The position numbers and the translations under genes are program-made. From Anthoceros angustus (Eukaryota; Plantae; Anthocerotophyta): 64,000 bases of DNA. Positions within the stretch are counted from its first letter, which is position 1, and the number at the start of each line of letters is the position of its first letter. Where the stretch lies: contig MU008174.1 in the NCBI GenBank assembly GCA_010909165.1, positions 1,161,972-1,225,971 of the forward strand, read 5' to 3'. This document shows, one piece after another, positions 50,034-63,232 of this stretch. The notes beneath the pieces were generated by a model. That model saw only the letters and a list, made by a program, of their open reading frames with translations. It was not told the origin of the DNA and did no database searches.

Positions 50034-53000
50034 GACGGAGGTGGAATCACCACAAAGTCAAGAGAGCACTCCAAGCCCGGAGGGAACGGATCTAGAGGAG
50101 ACACTTGAGAAGGAGAACCCCGAGAAGGAAGAATCAAGGAGTGAATCGCCTGGGGCCATGCCGGAGAAAAGAAGTTCCAAAGAAAAGGGAGAGGAAACCC
50201 GAGTTTCCACCGGACGCGCCGGAAGTCATGGAGATGATAGAGGAGGAATTGACCAAGACAAATCGAGCTGTGATCCCGAGGGCAGAAGTCCTCGGTTAGC
50301 AACCGCCGTTGCTAAGGCGGCCGCTAAGCAACCGCACGTTGTTGCTAAGCAACCGCGCTGGGAAGAAGGAGGGACCGATCGAGGACCATTTAACCTTGCA
50401 AGCCATCATGGATCAGCATTTGCTATCACGCTTGGTCAACTATTGAAGGACAACCCAAGTACAACAAGTTCGAGGGCCTTGCAAGAAGCGCAACCCAAGA
50501 GGAAGAGGCGATTGCCCAAGCCAGACCAAGGGTGCCGACCCTACCAACCTAGTGTCCATGATAGACCAAGGGCCGGAGCCGCAAGGAGATCGTCGCTTAT
50601 CAAGGGTTCCCGGATCGGATCCGGTGAACATCATGACGGAAGCAATAGCAAGGAAGCTTGGGTTGGACATTGAGCATACTACAGGCCGATTACCGACATG
50701 TCAAAAATGCACTGTGGGAGAATCAAGGAGTAACCACCATCATAGGGACCATTCCCTATCTCATGGACTATGTGGTTATCCGGCAAGGCGCCGGTACGAC
50801 ATCCTATTGGGAAGGACCGTCAGATGGCTCAAGATGCAAGATGACTTGGGGAGGAAGGAAGTGGCTTTTAAGCCAATGGATTGGGGACCCCAAGACGAAG
50901 GAGGCCGAATTTGTTTGAGTTGGAGCAGGATACCACCGTGGGGAGACTCCTACAAAGAACGGAAGGATACACATCACCGGAGAAACATCCGACTGGAGGA
51001 AGAAGGAACTGGACAAATTTCCTTTTGCACATATCGCATGGTCGATGAGGAGGAAGAGTATAGGAGGGATATCCCTTACTCCCTCAATTTGGTGGACCGC
51101 TGGGTTCATGGAGGACCGCACTGGAGGAGAGGGACAAGAACCGCTAACGAGGCGCTTGTTAAGGAAGCATCACCGATTCAAAAGGCGGTTGCTAAGGAAG
51201 CAAGACGACGAGGTGTTAAGGATCGAGGAGAGTGAGGGTGAGCCAGATCATTCGATTCACCTCCGAGGACCTATTTAGGGAGTGGGGATGAGGGAAGAGG
51301 ACCCTCGTGAACCGGAGGAAGGGTTTGGTGAGAGTTCAGACCCGTGGAGCGAGAATGGGTACAAGCGATTAATGTGGAGGTATTGCGAAGGTGCTGAAGT
51401 TTGCAAATTTGAACCGGGAAGAAGGAATGAAATCCCGAGTTCATCGACGTGTTTGCCTCGAGTGATGATATGAAGGGATTCCCAAGAAGTGGGGAGCATA
51501 GGATCGATTTGGAGCCGGAGCGACTCCGGCGAATTCCCAATACAAGCTGAACCCAAAGTACTCATCAAGGTGAAGGAGCAATTGAATTGTACTTGAAGGC
51601 GACGCCATCTATCCAATCAACACGGAGGTGGAATCACCACAAAGTAGCACTCCAAGCCCGGAGGGAACGGATCTAGAGGAGACACTTGAGAAGGAGAACC
51701 CCGAGAAGGAAGAATCAAGGAGTGAATCGCCTGGGGCCATGCGAGAAAAAGAAGTTCCAAGAAAAGGGAGAGGAACCCCGAGTTTCCACCGGACGTCGCC
51801 GGAAGTCATGGAGATGATAGAGGAGGAATTGACCAAGGCATCGAGCTGTGATCCCGAGACGCAGAAGTCCTCCCGTTAGCAACCGCCCGTTGCTAAGGCG
51901 GGGCTAAGCAAGCACGCGTTGTTGCTAAGGGAGCAACCGCGATCGGGAAGAAGGAGGGACGACGAGGACCATTTAACCTTCAAGCCATCATGGATCGATT
52001 TGCCATAACGTTTGGTCAACTATTGAAGGACAACCCAAGTACAACAAGTTCGGGCCTTGCAAGCGCAACCCAAGAGGAAGAGGCGATTGCCCAAGCCAGA
52101 CCAAGGGTGCTGACCCTCTGACAACCTAGTGTCCATGATAGACCAAGGGCCAGCAAGTGGAGATCGTCTCATCAAGCGGGTTCCCGGATCGGATCCGGGT
52201 GAACATCATGACGGAAGCAATAGCAAGGAAGCTTGGGTTGGACATTGAGCATACCAAAGGTCGAGATTGGTATGTCAAAAATGCACTGTGGGAGGCAAGG
52301 AGTAACCATCATAGGGACCATTCCCTATCTCATGGACTATGTGGTTATCCGGCAAGGCGCCGGTACGACATCCTATTGGGAAGGACCTGTATGGCTCAAG
52401 ATGCAAGATGACTTGGGGAGGAAGGAAGTGGCTTTTAAGCCAATGGATTGGGGACCCCAAGACGAAGGAGGGCGAATTTGTTTGAGTTGGAGCAGGATAC
52501 CTCGTGGGGAGACTCCTACGGAAGGATACACATCGGAGAAACATCCGACTGGAGGAAGAAGGGGAATCGACAAATTTCCTTTTGCACATATCGCATGGTC
52601 GATGAGGAGGAAGAGTATAGGAGGGATATCCCTTACTCCCTCAATTTGGTGGACCTTTGGTTCATGGAGGACCCTCGTGAACCGGAGGAAGCTCAACAAA
52701 GCAACCGCCGTTGCTAACGAGGCGCTAAGGCATCGATTCGAAAAGGCGGTTGCTAAGGAAGCAACCGATTCGACAAGTTGCTAAGGAAGGGCGAGGCCGG
52801 TCAAGTGAAGGGTGAGCCAGATCATTCGATTCACCTCTGAGGACCTATTTAGGGAGTGGGGCATGAGGGAAGAGGACCCTCGTGAACCGGAGGAAGGGTT
52901 TGGTGAGAGTTCAGACCCGTGGAGCGAGAATGGGTACAAGCGGACGAGATTAAGGATGTGGAGGTATTGCCCGAAGGTGCTGAAGTTTGCACGCCTGGAA

Positions 53001-53210
53001 CCAGCGTTGGAAGAAATGGCGCTCCTTCTTCATCGTGTTTGCCTTGGTGAGATATGAAGGGATTCCCAAGAAGTGGGGAGCATAGGATCGATTTGGAGCC
53101 GGAGCGACTCGTCGAATTCCCAATACGAACCCAAAGTACTCACTGAAGGTGAAGGAGCAGCTTGAATTGTACTTGAAGGCAGACGTCATCTATCCAATCG
53201 TCAACACGGA
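50034..53210 (+). repeat. ~1.59 kb tandem duplication over the Gypsy protease region
   Basis: ACGGAGGTGGAATCACCACAAAG at ~50034 and ~51622; ESPQS..TPSPEGTDLEETLEKE is translated twice. Confidence 0.85.
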
Positions 53211-54627
53211 GTGGGTGGCTCCGATCGTTGTGGTTCCGAAGAAGCAGCCTGGAAAGATTCGAGTATGCCAAGACTGGAGGAAGCTCAACAAAGCAACCAA
53301 GAAGGACCATTTCCTCGCCATTCATCGACAACATCCTGGACTTGGTGGTCGGAAGATGTGTGTACTGCTCTTGACCTGCACTGGGTACAATCGCACTTGA
53401 GGGAGAGTGATGCCTCAATACCTTCACACGGATTGGGGACCTTCGACAAGAGAAGTGCGTCGGATTGACGGAGCGCCGTTCCTTCATGCGGAGCATGGTT
53501 GAGATCTTCAAGGAGTATCTCCACAAGTTCATGGAGGTATTCCTAGATGATTTTGTGTGTTTGGGAGTGTGGAGGAGCACCGGATCACTTTGTTTGGGCG
53601 AGGTGTCGTGAAACTCAACTTTGCCTACATCCCGAGAAATGCTACTTTGGCATGCGGGAGGGATTTTGTTGCACGTAATTTCAAAGACGGGCATCAAGTT
53701 GATCCGCATAAGGTGAAGATGATTGTTGCCCCAAAGCTCCAACAACTCTCAAGGAACTCGGGGTTCCTTGGCATGGTGGGCTACTGACGTTTTGTGCCTA
53801 ACTTTGCTAGGGTCACCACCGACCATTTTGTTGAGGAAGGACCAAGAGTGGACCGACCGAGAGGAGGCAGATTTCAAGATTTGAGGACCACGTTGGTAAC
53901 AGCCCCAACCCTCAAGGGACCGGATTGGAGCAAGAAGTTCCATGTTTACGTGGATGTTTCCGCCGCCATTGGTACGCCTTGAGCCGGATGACAAGAAGAG
54001 GGACTACCCAATCTACTACGACGGCAACTCACCGATGCGGAGCGCAAGTACACAACAACCGAAAGGGAAGCCTTGGGATGGTGTATTCGAAGAAAAGTTT
54101 CGTCATTATCTCCTCTCCTATGAGTTTGTGTTCCATGTTGACCATTTTGCTCTCAAGCATCTTGTCAACAAGGCGGATCTTCCCGCATAGCTCGTTGGAT
54201 CTTCTGTAAGAGTTCACATTCACGGTGGAGACACGTGAGGGGAAGAAGCATGTGAATGACTACTTGTCTCGCTTGAAGACGGAGAAGGTGGAGCATGATC
54301 AAGAAGATCATTTTCCGGATGAAGCTTTCTGGAGGAGGATGAGGAGAGTGCTAGGCCCAATGCCAAGTTGATCGGAAACGGAGGGCACCAAATGAGAAGG
54401 GAGGGAGAAGTTTTGCGCCACCTATGAGGAGGTCTTTCGCTTTTAGCAACAGTCGACCAATGACTCACAACAAGAAGAGGTTGTTCTATACTTCTCCGCA
54501 CTGCTGTTAAGCGACAAGCCGCATGGTAGGGCCGATGGAGTTGAGAGGTTGTGGGTCAAGGATGGTCAAAAGGACCGGGTTCTCGCGCCTTGCATGAGGA
54601 GGAGGCCGGAGGTCACTACGCTACCAA

Positions 54628-57410
54628 CGTGACTGTAAGAAGATCAGGAGGTGGTATTGGTGGCCAACCTTGCATAGATGCTAGGGAGTTCATCAAGCTG
54701 CCAGTGATGCATGTCAAAGGGTTGAAGCCAACCAGACCACACAGGCCATTGGTCCCTATCCTAGCCTTGGCGCCTTTGAGAAGTGGGGATTGACTTCACC
54801 GATTCAACCCAAGACCAAGGGGAGCCAATCAATATATTCGTAGCAACTCACTGCACCCGCATGGTGGAAGCTCAAGCCTTGGGACACAGAAATGTGGTGG
54901 CTGTGTTCTTGTTTGAGCATATCATCACAAGGTACGGGGTTGGAGTTGGTTAGCGGGTACCCATTTCATCAACGAGGTGATCTCACACATGGTGAAGTAT
55001 TTCAACATCAGCCACGGAAGACCACCCCTACAACCCCAAGGCGAATGGACTCACGAGAAAGCTAATGGATTGCTTTGTGATCCTCAACAAGTTAACCATC
55101 ACTACACCTACGATTGGGACCGAAGCTTCACTCGCCAGGGCGATAGAGCGGAGAAGGTGACACAATGCACTCTACTACCTCACCTATGGGCACTCACCAC
55201 ATGCCCATTGAGTTTGAAGTGCCAACGTTGAGAGTCCAAGAGCATAAGAGGATGACGGTGGAGGAGAGCCGCTTGGAGAGGCTCATAGGCTTTGTTCAGA
55301 CATGGAGAGTAGGAACAAGCCTTGGCGCCCCACGTAACGCCCAAGAGAAGAGGAAGGAATGGCATGACCTAAGTCGCAAAAACAAGAGTACGTTGTTCGG
55401 GACTTGCGTCAGATGACAGTACATGCACTTCGGAAGTCGCATCTTAGATGGATGGGTCCCTACAGCTGCAAGTGTTCGACAATGGATCCATACAAACAGA
55501 ACTTGATGGACTCGCTACAACCAGGTCAATGGTTGGCGCGTGAAGAAGTATTATTAATAAGTTGGCGGGACGCCAACAAATGAGAAGGGAGTATGTGGTG
55601 ACCACATGGGTACTCGACCCCTCGGAAAGGAGTGTTTTTTTGTTTTGTGTTTAAGTTGTGAGAATCGTGTGGAGTTGGAATGTGAAGTAGGTTAGGAAAT
55701 AAGAAAAGTCTACTAGAGCCTAGTAGGAGGAAGAGAGTCTAGTCCCGATCCCGGATGTAACCTTGGAGGTTGGCCGCCGCTGCTAAACGCGGCGCTAGGG
55801 CCGATACAGTGACTGTTGTTATGACAAAGAACCGACGGGAGCTGCTATGGTAGCAACCAAGTCGGAGTTATTTTCCGATAAATCGGAAAACCAATTGAGC
55901 GAAATCATTGGAAATACCCAACGGAAGTAACGGGGGGGGTCCTATTAAGTCCAAGGAAGGGACAAGGAATATTTGCAGAAGTGCGAAGGCGCCACACCTC
56001 AAGCTCGAGCGTGACTGTAAGAAGATCTTGGAGGCGGGGTATTGGTGGCCAACCTTGCACGATGCTAGGGAGTTCATCAAGCGTTGTGATGCATGTCAAA
56101 GGGTTGGGAAGCCAACCAGACCACAGGCCATTGGTCCCTATCCTAGCCTTGGCGCCTTTGAGAAGTGGGGATTGACTTGTGGGCGATTCAACCCAAGACC
56201 AAGGAGCCGGAACCAATATATTCGGTAGCAACGGACTCTGCCGCATGGTGGAAGCTCAAGCCTTGCCGTGGACACACAAATGTGGTGGCAGTTCTTGTTT
56301 GAGCATATCATCACAAGGTACGGTGCCGTTGGAGTTGGTTAGCGGGGTACCCATTTCATCAACGAGGTGATCTCACACATGGCAAGTATTTCAACATCAG
56401 CCACGGAAGACCACCCCTACAACCCCAAGGCGAATGGACTCACGGAGAAAGCTAATGGGTTGCTTTGCAGGATCCTTAACAAGTTAACCATCACTTACAC
56501 CTACGATTGGGACCGGAAGCTTCACTCAGCGTTGTGGGCGTATAGGACAGCGGAGAAGGTGACCACACAATAGACTCCCTACTACCTCACCTATGGGCAT
56601 TCACCAGTCATGCCCATTGAGTTTGAAGTGCCAACGTTGAGAGTCCAAGAGCATAAGAGGATGACGGTGGAGGAGAGCCATTGAGAGGCTCATAGGCTTT
56701 GTTCAGACATGGAGTAGGAACAAGCCTTGGCGATCTGAGCGTCAAGAAGAGGAAGGAATGGCATGACCAAGCGCAAAAACAAGAGTACGTTGTTCGGGAC
56801 TTGGCGTTCAGTGACAACGTACATGCACTTCCACGAAGGCATCTTAGATGGATGGGTCCCTACAGCTGCAAGTGTTCGACAATGGATCCATACAACGCAA
56901 CAGTGGACCCTCGCCAACCGGGGTCAATGGTTGGCGTGAAGAAGTATTACCAATAAGTTGGCGGGACGCCAACAAATGAGAAGGGGAGTATGTGGTGACC
57001 ACATGGGTACTCCCCCCCTCGGAAAGGAGTGTTTTTGTTTTGTGTTTAAGTTGTGAGAATCGTGTGGAGTTGGAATGTGAAGTAGGTTAGGAAATAAGAA
57101 AAGTCTACTAGAGCCTAGTAGGAGGAAGAGAGTCTAGTCCCGATCCCGGATGTAACCTTGGAGGTTAGCTCGGCCGTTGCTACGTGCTAGGGCCGATCTA
57201 AGGACTGTTGCTATGACAAAGAACCGACTCGGGAGCTCTGCTATGGTAGCAACCAAGTCGGAGTTATTTTCCGATAAATCGGAAAACCTAATTGAGCGAA
57301 ATCATTGGAAATACGGGAAGTAACGGGGGGTCCTATTAACGATTTCCAAGGAAGGGACAAGGAATATTTGCAGCGGATGGCGGCGCCACACCTCAAGCTC
57401 GGGCGTGGAC
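54628..57410 (+). repeat. ~1.38 kb tandem duplication (integrase + PPT + LTR start)
   Basis: CGTGACTGTAAGAAGATC at ~54628 and ~56009. PPT plus TGTGGTGACCACA occurs at 55594 and again at 56991. Confidence 0.88.
56978..56988 (+). promoter_or_regulatory. Gypsy polypurine tract
   Basis: GAGAAGGGGAG, 2 nt before the 3' LTR start. Duplicate at 55582-55591. Confidence 0.85.
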
Positions 57411-60400
57411 CGTGAGGAGGCGGGAGAAGCGCGCGTCGCAATGAGTCGGCGCAGCAGCGCCTCAAGAGGGCCGATCGGGTGGAATGGCAGTCCGGGGGTG
57501 GATGCGGATGAAGCAGAGGCCAGGCCGAGACGGCAGGCTAGGCAGGAGGAGCCGAGGCGGCGAACGAAGACTGTGGAGGAGCTCGGGCGGGCGGCGGAAG
57601 AAAGAGCAACAGCGATCAGAAATCGCCCAGGAGTGGGGAATAATCGGGCCGAGCAGCCTGGAGAAGGCCGGGCGCGGTGCGTACCGGGTACAGAAAGAAT
57701 CGAGAAGAGCAGGCAGCGTAAGTGAGGGGCCGAGGAATTGCCAGAAGGAAGGAGGGCGTGCACGGTAGGGTGCGACTGGTGGCACGCACAAGGGAGCCGC
57801 GATTAGAGAGGCGCACTGGGGTGCTCAACCATTGCAGGATTGCACCTCACATATTTGAGGAAGGCGAATTGGCTTGAGGAGCAAAGTGCGCGAGGCGAAT
57901 TGAGTAGGGTTCCAAGTGGTGGTGTGACGCCAAGTCGTGGAGACACGGAGATACGGGCCGAGGGGCAAACAATGATGGTGGGAGGGAGGTGGATTCCAGG
58001 AGAAAGTCACGCCATCGGGAGATGGGTACGAGGAGCCGAGGGAGCAAGGGGGATCCTCACCGCTGGTTAAGAAGGAATTTCGAGTGAGGAGTCGACCAAA
58101 AAAGGGCACACCGATGTAAGGCTTGTGGGAAGTCGCAATGGCGGTGTAGCCGGACACTTTCCAGAACTCTAGGCTCGGCCATGTGACAAGGAGCATGGGA
58201 CCTAAGAAGAACACTCCGTGGCCATTGAGGCCATTACCATCGCAATGGCCCAACATGGGGCAATCGGAGAGTGAAAGCGGTTCCTTGGTGGCTAAGCATC
58301 ACTTGTCCTTCATGGACAAAAAGTGGTGCTACAAGAGCTTAATTGGTTCGGAGTGCAGACACATGAGGGAGAAGGCCAGGGGAAGGCAACACGAGAACCA
58401 ACCCCGCACTGGAATATTCATTGTTCCAGCGTCTATGAGAGGCAAGAGGAATGTGGTGGAATAATCATTGATCCTTTCAGAAGCCATCTCCCAAAAGTCG
58501 CAGGAGGCACAAGCCGCCATTGCTCCCACATTGTCTAGGGTGGAGAATGGTGGGTCACCAACAAGTTAGACCTCGAGTGGCCGGATTAGCCAGTGATCCT
58601 GTGCTCTCACTCACTAAGAAGCTAGAGCACATTGTCGACCATTTCTTGTCTTTCTATGAGGTGGTGAGAGGGTCCAAGATAGATTGGGCTAGGATGTTCT
58701 ATGACACAGCGTGGAGAGGGACCACTTGACCCTACCATCACCCTCACTATCTCCCTTCTTAATCCACATTTTGACCATGCCAAGTTGCCGGAGGATAGAG
58801 ATGGTCTCACCTTCCATGCCCGGAGGCCGGTGTTTGAAAGAAGGAAGCCCAAAGAGGAGTCGAGGAAGAGGCCATCTCCAAAGGGCACCGGGAGTGAAGA
58901 TGAGAAGTCCAAGTGTCCATGAAGAGGAATGTGGCGCTGTTAAGGCATCACCATGGCAAAGCAACTGGAGTTGCCAAAGACCCCAACAGCACCAAGAGAG
59001 GTGGGGCAGGGACTCCAACCACTCCTAGAGCCACAAGAGCACGACTGAACTCACCGATGTAAGGGATAAAGGAAAGGCCGGCAGCACAGCCTGGGGAGCC
59101 CGTGGCTGGGAACAGTCAACAGAGGAATCGCCCAACCTTGGGCACGGCCGAGCCGACCGAGAAAGTCACACTGCTCAAGGGGTGACCTCAAGTATACCCC
59201 TAAGTGGTCGCAGGGAGAGCCGCGCCAGATAGGAAGGAGGGAACCCATCCCCAAGGGTTTGGGGCCTAACATCACCGCAAGAGCTGGTCTCATATGGCAC
59301 GCACTAGGGTGAGATGGAGGACCGATAGCTGGGTCCTCTTTGTTAGGTTTACAGCATAGGGGAACAACAGGAGAGGTAAGGAGCTCCAGTGGAATGAAGC
59401 AGGAGAAGGAGGTCTTGAGGGACGCCTAGGTAGCATGGAAGCGGAATTAAAGGAAGGTCCGAGAAGAGTTGCAGAAGACCAAGGATCGAAACCTCATGGT
59501 TCATGGACGCACAAAGCACCATAGGGGAGCCGCAGAATGTCATCTCGATGCGCAAGTTCAGCCGAAACTCTGGATACCCTGGCGCCATAAGAAGGAGAGG
59601 GACGAGGCAAGGAAAGGTTGGAAAGAGGCCAAGAGGGCTGTGATTGCAAGGAGAGCCACCGTGGAAGATGCGGAGCCTCCCATGGAAGAATCTGGCCGAG
59701 TTGGCAATGCCGAGGAGGTTGCTAAGCAAGCCGCCGCCGCTAAGGAAGCAAACTCCTGCACTGCTAAGGGAGCAACAGCTCCAAGACCAGCTACAACAAG
59801 GAAGAAGGGGCAACAAGACCGTGAGGAGGAGGACAAGCTGTGGGGAGCACCGCCTAAGAAGTCTAACTTCCCAATGGTGCATTAGATTGAGGGATGCTTA
59901 TCAAGATAACCATGTGCCCGGATTCTCCTTGGCCGGAGAGAAGATTGTCTCCCCGAAAGTTTATGTTGTTGTGGGGTGGGGACATGGAGGTACTTGATCC
60001 ATGCCTTGACGGCACCGGATCCTACCTATGGGTTGGATTCTAAGGAGGAAACTCTCACCGACCCATCCAGGATTCAAGAGCTCACCGAGGAGGAGTACTG
60101 CATGCGCGGCGAGCACAAGAGAGAGAGGAGTCCAGCCGAGGAGGTAGAGATTTTATGGGAGAGATTGCCCAACCAGCCAAGAGGGAGGAGAGCAAGAGGA
60201 GAACATGGGGCTAGGCGCCAGGAGGCCTGTGAGAGGTAATAGGGGTAAGTGGCCTCAAATAGCTAAAGGCCCATGTGTTATAGATCAGAAATCTTATCCT
60301 CTCTCATAGTGGATGTAATTGATAGATAGGCCTCTAGGATTGGTAGGCTAAGACCGATTGGTATTTTGCAAGTGCCAAGTGATCTTGGGTATAAGAGGCC

Positions 60401-61383
60401 TTGATGAAATGTAAGCAATGTTCAAGGTCTTGGTGTTTGAGCACGGGGTTTGGGAGTACTGATCCGTCCAAGTCTCATCGCCCCTCCGCTGGAAGAAGAC
60501 CAAGTTGCTGCCCAGATCGTGGCCGATCCGCAAGGGTGGAAAGCAAGGGGGAGCCTTGAGGTCTCCTTGAGGGAGTCCTCAAGGTCAAGAGGGGGGGTGG
60601 GAAGCCGAGGTCATTCCTCTTCCTCATTCCTTCAGCTAGTCTAGTACTCACCTTGTGTTTGAAGTTTTCGTGTGTTGGAGATTTGGTGTTTGGAAAATGA
60701 GAGGACAAGAGAACTATGAGAGAAGTGGAAAATGCCGGACATGGAGAGTTGCTGATTGCTGTTTGAGAGGAGTAAGAAGGACTGGAGAAGTCTGTAAGTG
60801 ATGTTTGTGTTGTTGAAGAAGAGAGCCGTGAGTGGAGGTTGAAGATCCGTGAGTGGATGAGATGGAATGATTGGTAGGTGAACAAGTATTTTGAGAGTTG
60901 GTGAGGCTGTAAGGTCCGGATGAGCTGGAAGGTGAGCTGAAAGGCTGGACGAGGCAAGGAAGTCTCAATGTGCAAGAGTGAGGGAGAGTTATGAGCAGAA
61001 TCCGATTGGTGGATCTAACTTTGTGGATGAATAAGAGAGAGAGAGAGAGGGAGAGATCAGCCTTATCCACTTGGATCCCGACCGACCCACTATTAATAGC
61101 GATCCCAAGGTGGACCCTCCGCTAGAAATAGAGGGCTAAGGTTAGCAACCGGTCACCCGCTGTCGGGAGTGAGTCGCTAAGATAGCCATGTGTCCGAGTG
61201 TTGTTAGGTAGTAGCCGGTCTCAGAATCGCTAGATGTTTGACGTGTCCGTGTTGGTTGGATTGGCTATGTTTTGGTTGTCTTGACACGAAATCACTCCCT
61301 TGGGTACGAATCTCAAGTCTACAACGATAAAGAGGGTAAATGTGGCCTCTTTGTGACCACTTGGTTTAGAAAATCACTCCACA
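56991..61383 (+). repeat. Gypsy 3' LTR (~4.4 kb)
   Basis: TGTGGTGACCACA...AAAATCACTCCACA followed by TSD CCCTT. Confidence 0.92.
57400..60239 (+). pseudogene. Putative extra ORF inside the Gypsy 3' LTR (indel-broken)
   Basis: ORF fragments 58183-58464, 58520-58729 (HFLSFYEVVRGSKIDWARMFYD), 58701-58922, 59469-59885, 59644-59997 and 59976-60239 tile the + strand. Confidence 0.55.
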
Positions 61384-61397
61384 CCCTTAGAACTTGA

Positions 61398-63232
61398 TGA
61401 AACACCATAATATTTGAACCGGCGGAATATACATCAAGCGGCTTTATGCATGTATATACGCTGAACCGGGTTCTGGATCGTCACTAAATCGCTGTTCCTG
61501 CATGTAGTCATGGAGAATGTGTTCAACATTATGGTCAAATCCACATTCCAATTCAAAATTGCCTGGAGCTCCAGCGCCAACAACAGTCTGGTGGGGACAT
61601 GCCAATGGGGTTTGCACTGATCTAGCACCGATTTCACACTCCCTTTGTGCCGGGATCATGAAACCCATCGACAGTCTTTACATTATTATACCTTATAGTG
61701 AAGGGGAACGCAAGCCACGATTTGCAACTGGTTCCCATTTATCGAAGGAAGGTATGGAAAATGTGCTATAAGTGTACAAGGGTGTGAAACTACACCAAGA
61801 CCACTGGCGCCGCCCATCGTGTACACACGCAAAAAATCCCTTATCCATTCCCTGTGCACCAAATATGCCCAACATGGTTTTTAATATCCGCTGAGAGAAA
61901 TGTCTTGTCCTGCTTCCATGTTCCTCTTCACCCCAAAAACCAAGATGGTATCGGCTGGAAAAGAGCTGCCAAGTTTCACGGAACATTGGGTGGGCCACCG
62001 CTAAACGAATCCAACGAATCGAACAAAGTCATGGCGGCCGTAAGAAATGAAGGGTGCCAATAGGAACGGACAAAAATGTTGTCGTGATGGGCTTAAGCAT
62101 GCCACCACAAAGGGTGTGGAAAAGAGTTGCGCGTAATTTGGAAGGAGCGGACCATGAGTGGGATATATGTCGAGCCGTCCTTCACTCCTCCCGACTCCAC
62201 CTCGGTTTCTCCATGTGGAATAAATGCGTCATCACCATCATCCTCGCCGGCCCACCCACCGAGGGAGTGTGGTTGAAGATGGGGACGGAGGGCACTTAAC
62301 TTCTCTTTGATAGCTTTTTATCCGCATGATGTTTCCTAGAAGTGAGATTGAACCCATAGTACACAATGGTATCTTATGTACAAACAACCACGAATGTTGG
62401 GTGGCTTCCATGCTTTTGCACCTTTGTTGGTAAGAGAAATTGTCTACCCTCCTCGGTCACAAGTATTCATTTGCCCTCGTAGGCATCGGTGTGCTCGGTT
62501 CGCCACCAGTGCACCAGCAAGTAGGGGTCATCGGATCGGTGCACACTCAACACCTTTGCAACCCGAATGCCCTGTTGTGTGTGTCCCCCTCACAAGGGGT
62601 GACAATAAACATACCTTTTTAATCTCCATGATGTCACCATTCATCGACCTCTTGCTCCCGTCTCTTTCCACACTCGTAAGCACCCAAGTACATGTCCGTT
62701 GAGGCTCTCGCAATAAGGCTTCGTCCAAGATAGCCTCCTCGGAACCTGCGGCAGTGGTACAAGTGCTCTAGATCATCGCCACCACTTCCACGGACTTTTC
62801 ACAAGGATTGTCCACTATAGTTGCAATCTCCTCTTGATCCTTCAGTCATTCCACCACTCCTCCTTTGCCGCGTTAACATATGTGGAAAGTTTGCAAACCC
62901 TTTTTAAGTGCTCTACTCCTTGCGGTGAGCTTCCATCACGCCTTTCTTGTCCTTGGCAGAGCTAGCGGGGTTAGGTCCTATCTCACATTTGGAATAAAAG
63001 ACAAGAACTCCATCTGTTTCCCATAACGGTGAGGTCGAATCTTATTTACTCGGAATACTTTACTTTACCCCTGCGGTTTCCTCCCGCGTGATTTTGAATT
63101 GGTGTTGGAATGATAGATTGTTAAACTGACGCACTTTAAACTTCGAGCACCTTCCTGTTTTCAGCGCAGACGAAAGAGCGAGTACGGAACCTCGGTCGGG
63201 ACCTTCACGGGTTTGGCGTGTCAGTCAATATA
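61398..63232 (-). mobile_element. Probable degraded remainder of the same DNA transposon
   Basis: Lies downstream of the transposase fragment and replaces the LINE continuation at 61398. No TIR or clear motif recognised. Confidence 0.35.

Larger units (their letters stand above)
46700..55560 (+). pseudogene. Gypsy gag-pol (frameshifted, with internal duplications)
   Basis: Gag knuckle CQDCKQQGHVAGSVTC (~49735). Protease-adjacent VNIMTEAIARKLGL. RT EWVAPIVVVPKK..GKIRVCQDWRKLNKATKKD and FMEVFLDD. RNase H FHVYVDVS. Integrase AGYWWPTL...CDACQ, FEKWG, YNPKANGLTEKANGLL. Confidence 0.93.
41018..61383 (+). mobile_element. Full-length Ty3/Gypsy LTR retrotransposon, Athila-like (non-chromovirus)
   Basis: TGTGG...CCACA termini. 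5 bp TSD CCCTT at 41013-41017 and 61384-61388. Empty site visible at 22060. tRNA-Asp-type PBS, order gag-PR-RT-RH-INT, PPT, no chromodomain. Confidence 0.95.

Noticed and set aside
46700-55560. Programmed frameshifting or readthrough between gag and pol
   Set aside because: Indel noise is too high to tell programmed shifts from errors.
41018-61383. Dating insertions from LTR-LTR divergence (Gypsy and Copia)
   Set aside because: Differences are dominated by probable sequencing errors.
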